Assembly: GCF_018977255.1 (NCBI RefSeq)
Contig: NW_024705047.1
Coordinates: 1 to 64,000, forward strand
Direction: 5' to 3'
DNA from: Callorhinchus milii
Taxonomy: Eukaryota
DNA: 64,000 nucleotides
The notes beneath the pieces were generated by a model. It searched no databases. It was not told where the DNA came from and was given only the letters and a program-made list of their open reading frames with translations. Within the stretch, counting starts at the first letter, position 1. Every line of letters starts with the position of its first letter. Shown here one piece after another: positions 1 through 11,406 of this stretch. A program made the position numbers and the translations under genes.

Positions 1-1046
1 AGAGGCGACAACCATTCGCCTGCAGTGCAAAAACATTTTTTTAAGACGAGGAGTCGGTTACTCGAATCGAATTGTGACCCTGAGTTTGCGACAGATCACC
101 GCACGCCGGGTGGAGAGGGGCGAATCGCCTTCGTCAGCGGCGGTCAGGCGAAGGGTTAACAACAAACGTACAACGACAAAAAACAACGGTGCAGCGCTTT
201 CGCTGAGCGTGCGCAATCAGCGCACGGCGATCATGATCTCTGCTCGCAGTGCCCGGAGGAGACCCTTCACAGCACCTCGTGGGTTGTGTGCCGATGCTCT
301 GGCCCTTTACGAACTCCCAACGACAAACAAAACCCAACAAAACCCGTCATAGCCGATTGGGCTCAGTCCTCACGAAGGACTTATTGCGGTAAAACACGTG
401 TGCTCAATTTGATGGGTGCTTCACGAGTGGCCTTTTTGCGGTGGCAGCAATGTCATTACCCCGGCACGCCTGGCGCGTTGGTGACTTGCCAATCGCGGCG
501 TCGTCATTTTATTTATTCGTGCGTCACTGTGAATGCGACGTTACGGCTCTTTTGGAGCGCACCGCGGCGTTGCCGATGTGCGAAGAGGAGGTGATTGCCG
601 AATGTGTGTGCGTTGGCGGATTATTTTTTTGTCGCCGTCGAATTCCCAACAACTGTAACACCTTGCTTTGGTTTTTACAGCCTGTCTTGTAAACGATTGT
701 CCCTCCAAAATGCTAAAAAATTAACCCGTAAAAACAAAGTTTTTCACTATAAATCCTTTATGTGCGTGGCATCGGTTTTATTTTATTATTCATTTCTGTT
801 TTTCTTGAGTAAGAGTTTCATTTTTATCACATTGGTATTTTAAATAAAATATGAAAAAAAAAATTTCCTAGAAAGTGGAAAATTTTGGAAAAAAAATTTC
901 ACGAAAATAAATTGTCACGCACAACGAGTCTGTGTGCAAAATGTCAGCTCGATTGGATCACGGTAAGTGGGTTAAAAAACGACCGAAAGATTTGCACGGT
1001 CATAACGCGCAAGCAAGCAAGCAAGTGAACTTAATATAAAGGATTT
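1..1046 (+). mobile_element. Probable non-autonomous Helitron/Helentron-type (DINE-1/HINE-like) element, 3' part
   Basis: Ends with tgtgcaaaatgtcagctcgattggatc, then a (GCAA)n microsatellite, then gtgaacttaatataaaggat into a T-run. This layout resembles Helentron-associated elements. The left boundary is not visible. Confidence 0.35.
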
Positions 1047-2599
1047 TTTAAAAACGAAGGAGCACATCTCGATGGCTTGCGTCGTTTCTCAAGACACACT
1101 TACTGCCTTTAAGCTAATCGACACATTGCCTTTAGTTTGGCTGTTGGAGCCTCAAACATTTACAGCGAATCCGGAGAATTTTAAAAATGGACGGCTGTGA
1201 CTAAAGCAAACTTCGGTGGCCGACAGTTATTATTACTGAACTTGTAATACGGATGTCGCTGGTTCTTAAATGCCACCAGACTCTGTCCAGCCAGCAGTAT
1301 AGATGGGATATAAACACAGCTAATAGTGTGGAGGCAAAGTGTGGGCACACCCACCTCTTCCACCTAAGACATCCGGCCTCTAAAGGGGCACTCTTTCTCT
1401 CTCACGTGGAAGACTTTCTGCCAGCAGTGGCATTAGAAGGCAATTGCAGGGCTGCGCCGTCATCTTGGTCTATTCACTACCAGCACAGATTCACTCTTGT
1501 GTTTCCGTACGTAAAGATATCAGTTGCAGGGAGACAACTGTAGAACACATCACAGAATGCATGCTCATGGCAGTTATTGATCACAGACTGGAATCAAAAA
1601 GTTAAAATAAAGAGGCGAGCAATTGCAGGGCTGCACCTTTACCTTTCGATCTGACCAAATACAAAAGCATATCTGTGTAGGAGAAAGCCAAAAATTAGAC
1701 ATCTAAATCCGACTATATACACATTTTCTGTGGCCTTTCTGCATATTACATGTGGAAACTCATTTCATATTCCAGCAATGACCATATTCTTTTTTGACCT
1801 TATACTTAGGGCTCCAAGAGTCGGGTGTTGTGTTTTGTGTGAGCAGGGAGATGACTTGTGGTCTGCAGGGGAAGAGGCAGAATAATACATTTGGTTCGTT
1901 GAAAGAAAAAAAAGTGCAATTGAAAATATTCAGATTTAATAATTAAGTTTCAAAAAAATGTCCGCTTGAGGGCTGAATGTCATTTTTAGTAGAACGACCA
2001 GAAGTTGGTTTCTTTTTCAAACAGTTTATGAACCTGTAGTCCCCGTTTAAATAGGATTGGCCATGGCTCGTGATAACATTAACTCTCTTGCAAATCTGTT
2101 CCACATTCATCTGCAAGATGCATTTCACTTAACCGAGGTCACGCTCGAGTCGTTTATGGAAAGTCAATAATTATCAATGCCAAACGTGAATAGTTGTGGC
2201 CCCACCGATTTCACAGTCATTTTAACAGTCAAAGTGAAGACATTTATAATCACAATTGAAGGTCAAGCCACCTCGCTGACGTTCTTGTGTCATGTTGCGT
2301 CCGTGGTGCGTGACCTTCAGCTGACCTAGACACCGGTTTGAAGTGGTAGTTGAACAACAGGTTGACCTGAGGTGTGGCAGTGCGATTAGGCAGTTTACAA
2401 TGGATATGAGGGTGGTCAAATGATTGTCAGTTTTGGGTGTTAAACATTCTACCTATTGGTGCTATCTCACGGCCACAGCCATGTCTGCCGTCGTCTTCCA
2501 TGAATATAGAGCACATGGCCTGCAATACCCAGTCGAGGCCTGGTCCAAACATGCACTCTTGTGCACTTCTCTGGCATCCGCTAAATATCGATTGCCTTC

Positions 2600-2860
2600 T
2601 TGAGACGATTTTGGCCTATTCATCCAAACTGTCCAGGTGTATTGGAAGAGCTGGAGTACCCACAATTTAACCCACCACATGTCACCGGCCGATCGACTAA
2701 TTGTCGTGAACCCATTTACACTACTGCGTGAACAGAGGCGAGGGGGGGCGGGTGTTACGAAAATGTCAACGTTCCATAAACTGCCGTGTTGGAAAGTGGA
2801 ATTGAACCAATGACCTCTGGATTGCAAGTGCAGTATGCTAACCATTATACCCAGGCAGCA
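2600..2860 (-). mobile_element. tRNA-derived SINE copy
   Basis: The minus strand has A-box/B-box-like ggtataatggttagc...ggttcaattcc. The body shares cccaca..ttaacccaccaca with copies near 7080-7320, 11490-11570, 19850-19960 and 30950-31030. Confidence 0.55.
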
Positions 2861-4177
2861 TCCACATTTTTGTATGGATGGATGTAAATATGCATACTCT
2901 GCCCATAACTGACACTGTATACATATACATAACCTGTCGAATTCCCCAAGGTTGTCTTCCTCCTGACAATACTTGCTACACCCCCAGACTGCAAGCTTCG
3001 CACGCATATAAAGTTACATGCAAATTACTGACCGTATTTTTTATCGGGTTTCTGCGATTGTGATTTTCCAGGTGCGATGGCACGTTTCACGACACAATGA
3101 TTATGCTGATATTTAAGGATGCTTACCGGCTATAATAACTAAGCAAGCAGCGGAGTCAAAAGTCAAAGTGTTTTCCTTCCACAATGAGCATTGAGGCATC
3201 GGTGTTCATTTCCCATATACAGCCCTGCAGAGCCAGTGATGGAAATTCCACATTCCTATGTTGGGGAAAACGTCGCCATAAGACAATGACTATTGACTTC
3301 CCCACACAAAGCGATATTAATTTTATCGACCGCAAGAGATATTCATATTTCCGACCCTAAACAAAGGTTTTAACTTGCAAACTTAAATTGTTGAGCCGCT
3401 TGCTCTGCTGCTCAGCCACATCGCTGGTTATTCTGATATCAGTTTCTCACAACTGTGTAAATTGTATTTATTGCTGTGTCCTCCTGCTTTGCTGTGTTTC
3501 TGGTACAACTAAAGTTCACTAGAACGTCTTTAAACGGCATGCAGTTCGCTTGACATTAGACTATCATGCCCTCTAATGTTTGCAACCTTACAATCAATAA
3601 CGCACATGCTGTTAGTCGCGTGATAATATAATTGATAATTCATTGAACGATGAAGATAATTATGTTGTGTAACCCCCACGCAAATGAATTGCTCCAATAA
3701 CATTTCACAGAGCACGTATTCAATCGACGGTAGCTATTTCTGTCGAAGTATAATTGTTCGGTAAATTCATAAACATTTCGACCTGGACGTTTTGAAGCGA
3801 AGATAAAATGACCGACGGCATATAACGAAATGGCGGTATTTTTGCAAAACGGACGACACGATTAGCACGGATCTCACGCTGTGCGATTTATTCGCTGGAT
3901 CGTCGTATAGCTGCATCCCGAGTCTTTTCCCCATCGTCGCCCCCTTCTCCACCTGAACTCTGATCCCATCTGTCCACCGCAGGAGACTGCAGCTGCCGAG
4001 ATGGCTACCTGCCTGACCCTGTCTACAGCCACCTTTGCGTGCGCAAGCAGTGGGAACTAAACAAGGGTGAGTCTCCCGCGACACGTGACACAAACTGCCC
4101 GCACCACCACCGCCGCCGCCACCACGACTTAAGTTGTGTACAAGATAAGAGCTGCGATGATTCGCCAAGTCAACATA

Positions 4178-4368
4178 TATATTCTTGGTTCTTTCGGTAA
4201 AGTCACGTAGAAGGGAAACAATAACATAATAAAATATAAAACAATAAAATTCTCACGACATTTCGATTTATTGTTTTATATTTTATTATTGTATTGTTTC
4301 CCTTCTACGTGACTTTACCGAAAGAACCAAGAATATGAATCCCTGCAGTCCCGAAAGCTTTAAATCAA
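4178..4368. mobile_element. Penelope-like pLTR inverted repeat, centrally truncated (hammerhead lost)
   Basis: Inverted arms ttcttggttctttcggtaaagtcacgtag / ctacgtgactttaccgaaagaaccaagaa plus the tail. TSD-like aagtcaacata/aagtcaaaata. Confidence 0.8.
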
Positions 4369-4729
4369 AAGTCAAAATAGCGTGTGCAATATTTTCGGAG
4401 GGGTGAGAGCTTGTGTAGAAAGCAAGATATACCAAATACGATTGTAGCATTATTACTCATCTCTCTCTAGCGATGAACATTCGTTTACATATTGTTTAAC
4501 ATTCACTGAACCATGCACCCCCCCTCCTTCCGCTGACTTTTCTCGGCCCTGCTTTTTGTGTTTAGTTTGTTGTCCTTCCCCGCATCTCGGATTAGCACGG
4601 TTGGTTACGTAGGGTGCAAAAGAAGTTCAACATACATCAAGTTCAACATGATCAGTCAGCTGCCGGACGATGTCTTCTCTACGCTGCGACAATCGCAACA
4701 ATGTTGCGATTGTCGCAGCGTAGGAAGAC

Positions 4730-4972
4730 TACCGAAAGAACCAAGAAGGGATTCATCTTCTTGGTTCTTTCGGTAAANNNNNNNNNNNNNNNNNNNNNNN
4801 NNNNNNNNNNNNNNNNNNNNNNNNNNNNNNNNNNNNNNNNNNNNNNNNNNNNNNNNNNNNNNNNNNNNNNNNNNNNNNNNNNNNNNNNNNNNNNNNNNNN
4901 NNNNNNNNNNNNNNNNNTTTACCGAAAGAACCAAGAAGATGAATCCCTGCAGTCACGAAAGCTTTAAATATA
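4730..4972. mobile_element. Penelope-like pLTR inverted repeat spanning an N gap
   Basis: The same arm ends lie on both sides of the N run 4778-4917. Confidence 0.7.
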
Positions 4973-5219
4973 AATGTTCCATCTAGTGTCTGTGTACGTA
5001 TTTGAACTTATTTCGCACCGTACTGTAGCCAACCGTGCTAATTGGAGATCAGGGAAGAACAAGAAACTAAACCCCAAAAAGCAGTTCTAGAGAAATTCGT
5101 TTTCAATTTAGATGTTACTACAGACGGGGTGGGGGGCCGAGAAAAGTCAGCAGAAGACGGGGTGGTGGGGGGCATGGCTCAGTGAATGTTAAACAAGATT
5201 TAGACTGAATGTTCCTTCC

Positions 5220-5603
5220 CTTTATTAATGCTACCTATCCCTCCTTTGATACTGCTAATCCTGCATAATGCACGGCATATATGACTTTAAACCCCTCGCC
5301 AAACCTCCTACGCATTTCACAAGTAGTACTAATCGCATATCTGCATTTCCCATAAATATGCTAAATTCCTCTTGATATGCAAATTATTTTGTCAAGACGC
5401 TCTTCGCCCTCCATCCCAGCTTAAATAGTCGCTCCAAGCCTGGGGCGTACCATTCAGACTCTGCCTTCTCGACAGACCTGTTCTCCACCTGAAGACGGCT
5501 GCTTGCGTTGTGGCCGAAACGTCGTGAGAATTATTTTATTATGTTTTATTTTTATTATTTTATTATTTTCCTTCTACGTGACTTTACGAAAGAACCAAGA
5601 AGA
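5220..5603 (+). mobile_element. Single-arm PLE pLTR with longer upstream sequence
   Basis: 3' part matches the family (cagactctg...cacctgaagacggc...ccaagaaga). The upstream ~230 bp is absent from the opposite foldback arm, so it is inferred to be part of the insertion. Left boundary approximate. Confidence 0.6.
5484..5528 (+). ncRNA. Minimal type I hammerhead ribozyme motif
   Basis: cac-CUGAAGA-c-GGCUGC(uugcguu)GUGGCC-GAAA-C-GUC-gug; predicted cleavage after 5523. Confidence 0.75.
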
Positions 5604-5716
5604 TGGAACGCTACAATCGTAGTTGGTATATCTTGCTATATACTCAAGCTCTCACCGCCTCTGAAAATATTGCACACGCATATTTTGACTTGGCGAATAA
5701 CCACAGCTCTTATCTT

Positions 5717-5947
5717 TTCTGGTTCTTTCGCTAAAGTCACGTAGAATGGAAATAATAAAATAATAAAAATAAAACATAATAAAATAATTCTCACGACGTT
5801 TCGACCACAACGCAAGCAGCCGCCCTCAGGTGGAGAGCAGGTCTGTCGAGTAGACAGAGTCTATTTTATTATTTCCATTCTACGTGACTTTACCGAAAGA
5901 ACCAAGAAGATGAATCCCGCAGTCACGAAAGCTTTAAATCGAAATTT
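5717..5947. mobile_element. Penelope-like pLTR inverted repeat (asymmetric)
   Basis: 12-bp TSD agctcttatctt at 5705-5716 and 5948-5959. The minus-strand hammerhead has a mutated core (CUGAGGG). Confidence 0.85.
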
Positions 5948-7077
5948 AGCTCTTATCTTGTACATAACTTAAGTCGGTGTCCATTCCCGAGTCTCGCTTG
6001 TGTACTGTACTAAACAGCATGCTTACAGTCTGAAGCTTTTGTGCACCGCGATAATCCAAACTTATGTTGATGCATGTATGATGATATTATTGTTGCACAC
6101 GGGTGACCTTTTCAAAATGTTTTGATGTCGATGTTTTATTTTATTTTATTAGGAATAATATTCAAGAGCGTTGTGTGGCTTCATTTAAACCGCTTATGTA
6201 GAGGCATTATAATTTTTTTCATCGTCAAGTTTTAATCCTAGGAGACACATGGCACATGTCAAAAAATATATAATAATTATAATTAAAAGATAGAATACAT
6301 TTTCATCCACTGTTGCACTGGCTTGTGACCTTTCGTAGAAAGCCTTCCACTGCTCGTGCAGTGACACCCGTGCAGTATTACATAGAGTTTACCCTTGACT
6401 GGTTGAATGAACATCCACACTTAAATCTTTCCTGTCCGTATGCATACTCTGCGAGATAGGAGGCCATTTCAGTCAAGCACAATGGAAGCAAATTGTCTGA
6501 TAAATTGCATTGTTGATGCATCAATTACTAGGGTTCATGTTCTACAAAATTCCATTCTGGTTTATATCCTCAAATTGTGTTGACAAGTGCATCACCGTTT
6601 GAATGAAATCCAATTTTTATCTCCATCCATTATGTATATGGAGTCTGTTCATTTGAAAATTAAATGGAAGGGTTTTTCTGAGGTATTTTAAACAAATCCG
6701 CACCCCCTATTTGCTCAGAAATGAGAAATGAATTTAACATCTTAATGAACTCTAGTTGGTTAAAAGGTTCAATTTAATCAGGAAAAATACGCCGTTTAAA
6801 AAACATTATTTTCACTTTATCTTCCAGCACAATTGACACTTATGCACAGCATTACAGATAATTCCTTGGCAGTGGGCACACGAAAAATAAAATTTCACCA
6901 CACTCATCATTGACCCGAACTAATGACATGCAACTATTCCACAGACTGATGTTTCAGGTAGCTTACCTTCCTTCTTTGAATATATTTATAGTTTTACAAA
7001 ACAGCGGTAACGATGCAAGTGCTGAATTTTATTTCCAATTTGATTCATGCATTTAAGATGCTGCCATATCTTTCTGA

Positions 7078-7320
7078 AACGGTGAGAGCACTGGGCTTGC
7101 GATCCAGAAGGTCGCCGGTTCGATTTAATATCCTGGCAGCGGCAGTTGAAACGATGGGGGAGTTTCCTGAATCCCTGCCTGCCGATGTCCACCTAAAGCG
7201 GTATAAATGGGCACGACCATGGTTAATCGATTGGTGGGGTAAAGTGTGGGTTGCTCCCACCGGATCCGAAGACGTCTTTGCCAGCGTGGTAGAAGTTGGC
7301 AAACAGACCCTCTGGAGGGC
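7078..7320 (+). mobile_element. tRNA-derived SINE copy
   Basis: tRNA-like head ggtgagagcactgggcttgcgatccagaaggtcgccggttcgat; body tggtggggtaaagtgtggg...gccagcgtgg is shared with other copies in the window. Confidence 0.55.
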
Positions 7321-7599
7321 TCTCGAAAACTCCTTCTCTTGTGGAAGCCAATTCTGCCAGCATTGGCATCAGCAAGGCATTGCAGGACTGTTCCTTTACG
7401 CATATTTCATGTACTCACGACCAGCGCCATATTTACGGTGGTATTTATTCGTGGAAATATTGATGATTTCAATGGAGGGACGCAAATGGAAAATGCAGCA
7501 GAGGACGGTAACTCATGGCCGGGAGCGGGATCAACAATCTGAAATGAAAGATGACGACGAGAGCAAGGCGGAGTGTAAAGTATAATCTAATAACGGAAA

Positions 7600-8031
7600 T
7601 CAACGTACGCCAATGTGGCCGAAGAGGAGAGTTATCAATCAGTGCACACTACCTGCTGTGACCTATGGATCGAAACGTGAACTGTGACAAAGTAAATTGA
7701 GCAACATCTGAAAAGCCATTAGGCACGCCAGAGGTTCATGCCTGAGAATTACACTGAGACACGGAGGGGTACACGTACATTGGCGAGCCACGAGTTAGAA
7801 ATACCGTGTTGACTATTAATGAAAAAAAAGTACGGAGGCTTTGGTGGGGCACATCGGCAAAAAATGGACGATGGCCGGTGGTCGAGACTGGTGACAGAGT
7901 TGCAGCCGAAGTAAGGGAAGACGCGCAAGGGTGCGTTCACCGGGGAGACGGAGCAATAGGGAGAGAGACGGCCACGGCTGAGGGAGCCCTTCGTCCAGCA
8001 GTGAATGGATAATGGCTAATGACGATGACGA
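7600..8031 (+). mobile_element. Degenerate RTE-clade LINE 3' end
   Basis: Frameshifted translation gives KRRVINQCTLPAVTYGS...W.GHI...DGRWSRLVTE.QP...FVQQ, followed by a (GAT/GAC)n-like tail. This is typical of RTE C-termini. Confidence 0.7.
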
Positions 8032-8351
8032 GAGAGCACAGTTGGCTAAGAGCGGTGGGAAAAAAGTTTAAACACACGTACATACATCACGACAGTATCA
8101 AACTAACATGGATGTTCAGCCCGTATTTTAAATACACTGTCAGATAAATTGGATTGCGTAATCTTTTCTCAAGAGCATCTAGCGACGGGTTCGACACGAA
8201 CATTCCGATGCAGATCTGGCGCTGCGCAGGTTTTTTCACAGAAGTATGCACACCCTGCTGTCCATATGCTGCATATCAAGCAATTGCTTCTTGCGATAAA
8301 ATTCAAACCCACAGCTGCTGCGTTCTTGGGCTTGATCGGGTGTTTACTGCA

Positions 8352-8500
8352 GTGGGGCCCCCCAGTTGTAGAACTATCTACTGTGCCCCCCCCAGTTGTG
8401 TACATCTCTCCTGGTGCCCCCCACCCCCCCCCTCCATTTGAGCCCTCTGATCCCCCCAGTTGTGGAGCTCTCTACTGATGCCCCCCCCCCAGGTTGTGGT
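8352..8500. repeat. Degenerate C-rich minisatellite (~30-35 bp units)
   Basis: gccccccc(c)agttgt recurs about 4 times. Confidence 0.6.
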
Positions 8501-9467
8501 ACTCCCTGCGTGCCGAGATGAGGCTCTCCCTCTCTTTAAACAAGTTTTTTTTTTCTTCCGAATTCGTTTATTCTTATCTTCGGGTATCTTATTTTGCCAC
8601 CCAGTAATTTTTGTTTATTTTTGCTTCCCTTTCTCATTTTCATGCACGGCACTTGAGACGTGTGTGAAACGTGCCTTATAAGTGCACGCTATTATTGTTG
8701 CAGTGAAAAGCGAAGTGACAGCCATTTGGTACCTGTCAAGCAGCCTGACGTTGGTTACTATGAAAGTGGCTCGTGCATTTTTTCTGCATCGCATTTGCTG
8801 TATTTGTATGCAATGTGTATATATTATCTGCGACAATATTTCACAAGACACACAGTGGCGCATACAATAACGCTTATTACCGTATTTTCCCGCATATAGC
8901 CCGCATACGCATATACCCCGCAAAAATTACGTTTTGTGTGAAAACAAATTCAGATAGCCCACACCTCCATATAAACCGCATGCATTCATATATTTAACGT
9001 CGTTACCGCACGCAGCTTAATTCCATCATATTAATACAAAGTTTACATTTGTAATACATTCCACCATCAATTGTTAACAGTAAAATCATAGCGTGCACAA
9101 AGAAAACAAACTAACTAGAAACGAGTGAAATTTAAACAGTAAATAAGTAACAAAGTAAATATCCAATAAGTAAGTAACACATAACTGGTAGATAAGTAAG
9201 TAAGCGTACTGTTAGGCTTACCAGCATTCGACCCCATCATATTACAGCTACGGGTAGTTACCCCTGTACAGTTTTAGCACTGATAGATTGCGCACTGCGC
9301 AGACAATAGCGGCACTACGGGAACGCCATTGCCTCCTGGCAACAAAGCCATTGGAATTTTTCGATTTAAAGCTTTCGTGACTGCAGGGATTCATCTTCTT
9401 GGTTCTTTCGGTAAAGTCACGTAGAAGGGAAGTAATAAAATAATAAAAATAAAACATAATAAAATAA

Positions 9468-9516
9468 TTCTCACGACGTTTCGGCCACAACGCAAGCAGC
9501 CGTCCTCAGGTGAAGA
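9468..9516 (-). ncRNA. Minimal type I hammerhead ribozyme motif
   Basis: Reverse complement reads uucac-CUGAGGA-c-GGCUGC..GUGGCC-GAAAC-GUC-gugag. Confidence 0.75.
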
Positions 9517-9569
9517 CCAGGTCTGTCGGGGAGACAGCGTCGGAAGCGTCATGTCCCCGACAGACCTGG

Positions 9570-9618
9570 TCTTCACCTGAGGACGGCTGCTTGCGTTGTG
9601 GCCGAAACGTCGTGAGAA
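9570..9618 (+). ncRNA. Minimal type I hammerhead ribozyme motif
   Basis: CUGAGGA 9577-9583, GAAAC 9604-9608, GUC 9609-9611; stem I uucac/gugag. Confidence 0.75.
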
Positions 9619-11279
9619 TTATTTATTATGTTTTAATTTTATTATTTTATTACTTCCCTTCTACGTGACTTTACCGAAAGAACCAAGAAGATAAAGCCAT
9701 TGGAAGTTTGATACAAAGCTCATGGTCGACGACTGTATCGTGCTCAGCAAGTAGCAGCGGCTTAAGGGACTCAGCAATTATGATTCCACGTCTGGTAGAC
9801 GCTTGTTAAGGCCTTCCCATTGTGCAATCCATAGCCTCAGCTGAAACTTTCGCACCCCCCTACAGCCACTGAAAGTATTACGGTAAACGAAGTGCGCCCA
9901 CTTCAAACATTGTCGTTTCATTGTACAAACAATTGGAATCATTTAAAACGTGATAACATGCGCAATTTTAGTGTGAGTGGTTTATTCAGCAGTGCTTTAG
10001 TCAAAGGTAAGTGTTGCATAGTGGATAGTCCTACCATGAAAAATTAAACGGTGTTATGACATGTCACACGTGTAAAATATTTTTGGGATAGCCCGCACCT
10101 CCATACACCCCGCAGGGTCTTGTTTTGTTTCTTAAAGTAGTCTACCCCGCGGGTTATATGCGGGAAAATACGGTACAGCGTAATACGTTACAGAATAACA
10201 GCAATTATTTTTTTAAAAATATTAGAAGCCATTTTACAGAAGCTTTGACCTTGGCATACAGCTCGCTCATATACATTTTTATTTAGTTTTATATATTTAA
10301 AAGAGAGCTCAGCTGCCAGAGTGATTGCAATTGGGTAAGCGTTCATTTGCAAATCATAGGTCACACGCCATTGTGATGCACAGGACTGAGTCCTTGACAT
10401 TTGGCTCAGTTGATTTTAAACTAAAGTCATATTTTGTGAATCACTTTTGTGCAGACGAAATGTTACTGCGTGATTGGGCAGTGCCGCCGCGCCTCATATT
10501 ACCTTCACAGATTTCCGTTTAACTCTTGCGTCTGCAGATGATTTTATTTGTTTGGCCTGAATATGAATGGTGCAAGCGCGCAGCCTTGCGCTAGTTTTAG
10601 TTTTTTTGCGTAAATGTCACGTGGCGCGTGTGTAAACTGACGCCGTGAATTAAAATGACATCGGTGAAAACCCTGCGCCAAGGTTTATGCCGCCACGCGG
10701 GAACACCGTTTTTGTACGAGTCCATAAAAAAAAATATTATACTGGCGGTAGAAACACCGTAAGATCTTGTCTCGGCCTACAGGGTTATCAAAAAAAGATT
10801 TGGAAAAAAAATGTAGACACAGGCTATAGAGATGGGAAATGTAATGTGCCTTTGACAGTTTTATTCAGATCAATTAAAAGCTCCTTTGTTATAAACGCCG
10901 TCTTTTATTTTTAGCACGCAATAGCAATAGCCCCAATTTATCACTTTCAATTTCAAAAGTGAAAGATGTGGGTTCCAAGGTTGAAATGCGTTGCCGAAGG
11001 CCATTATTAAGCTGCTTTATGGTGCCTGGAAGCCAGATGTAAGAAACATTTAAGTTTGAGAGCTCTTTCCATACACAGCGGCAATGTCCACTGCCCCACC
11101 CTGAACGCCACACGTCCTTGTCATATCCTCATATGGGCCAGAATAGGTCACAGTGGCTCTGACTGTCCATTCACAGTGTTAGAATACGTGGTAAATAGGC
11201 AAAAGGTGCTGCCCTGCATTTAGATTATGCTCACATTATTGAGCATAATGTATGAACGACAATCGATCGGTTTAACACG

Positions 11280-11406
11280 TTTAACACGTAGGCTTTCGCG
11301 ACCAATATTATTCATAATAAAGGTTTTTTGGGTTAGATCGCGTAAGTATAAATGTGCCGTAACCCTCCACCGCCCGACACAGCCAGTAAGGTTTGTCACG
11401 TAAACA
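11280..11406 (+). mobile_element. Half copy of palindromic MITE family
   Basis: Matches arms at 35685-35930 and 36876-37186 (ttaa-c(a/g)cgtaggctttcgcga...gggttagatcgcgtaa...). Confidence 0.7.

Larger units (their letters stand above)
4125..5976. mobile_element. Large diverged foldback/palindromic element, interrupted by PLE insertions
   Basis: 4125-4450 (minus its insertion) is the reverse complement of 5605-5976 (cgacttaagtt...aacttaagtcg). 4470-4630 matches 4990-5215 inverted. A central hairpin lies at 4672-4729 and a partial copy at ~21775-21870. Confidence 0.7.
9357..9692. mobile_element. Penelope-like pLTR palindrome with two hammerheads
   Basis: 13-bp TSD aaagccattggaa at 9344-9356 and 9693-9705. 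Near-perfect inverted arms; the tail is on the left arm only. Confidence 0.9.
8880..10173. mobile_element. Non-autonomous Tc1/mariner-superfamily (Tc2/pogo-type) element
   Basis: TIRs ccgtattttcccgcatata(g/a)cccgc ... gcgggttatatgcgggaaaatacgg flanked by TA on both sides. Internal direct repeat gatagccc(a/g)cacctccata. No transposase ORF. Confidence 0.8.

Noticed and set aside
5508-5744. Recurrent MWPKRRENYF.../CGRNVVR... hydrophobic mini-ORFs (also 9248, 9391, 15984)
   Set aside because: They are read-throughs of the pLTR repeat's AT-rich spacer; starts and ends are not conserved between copies.
7013-7585. 190-aa ORF
   Set aside because: It runs through a SINE copy and has no recognisable domain.
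9357-9692. Link between these palindromes and lamprey programmed DNA elimination
   Set aside because: Nothing in the sequence supports it, and the species itself is only inferred.
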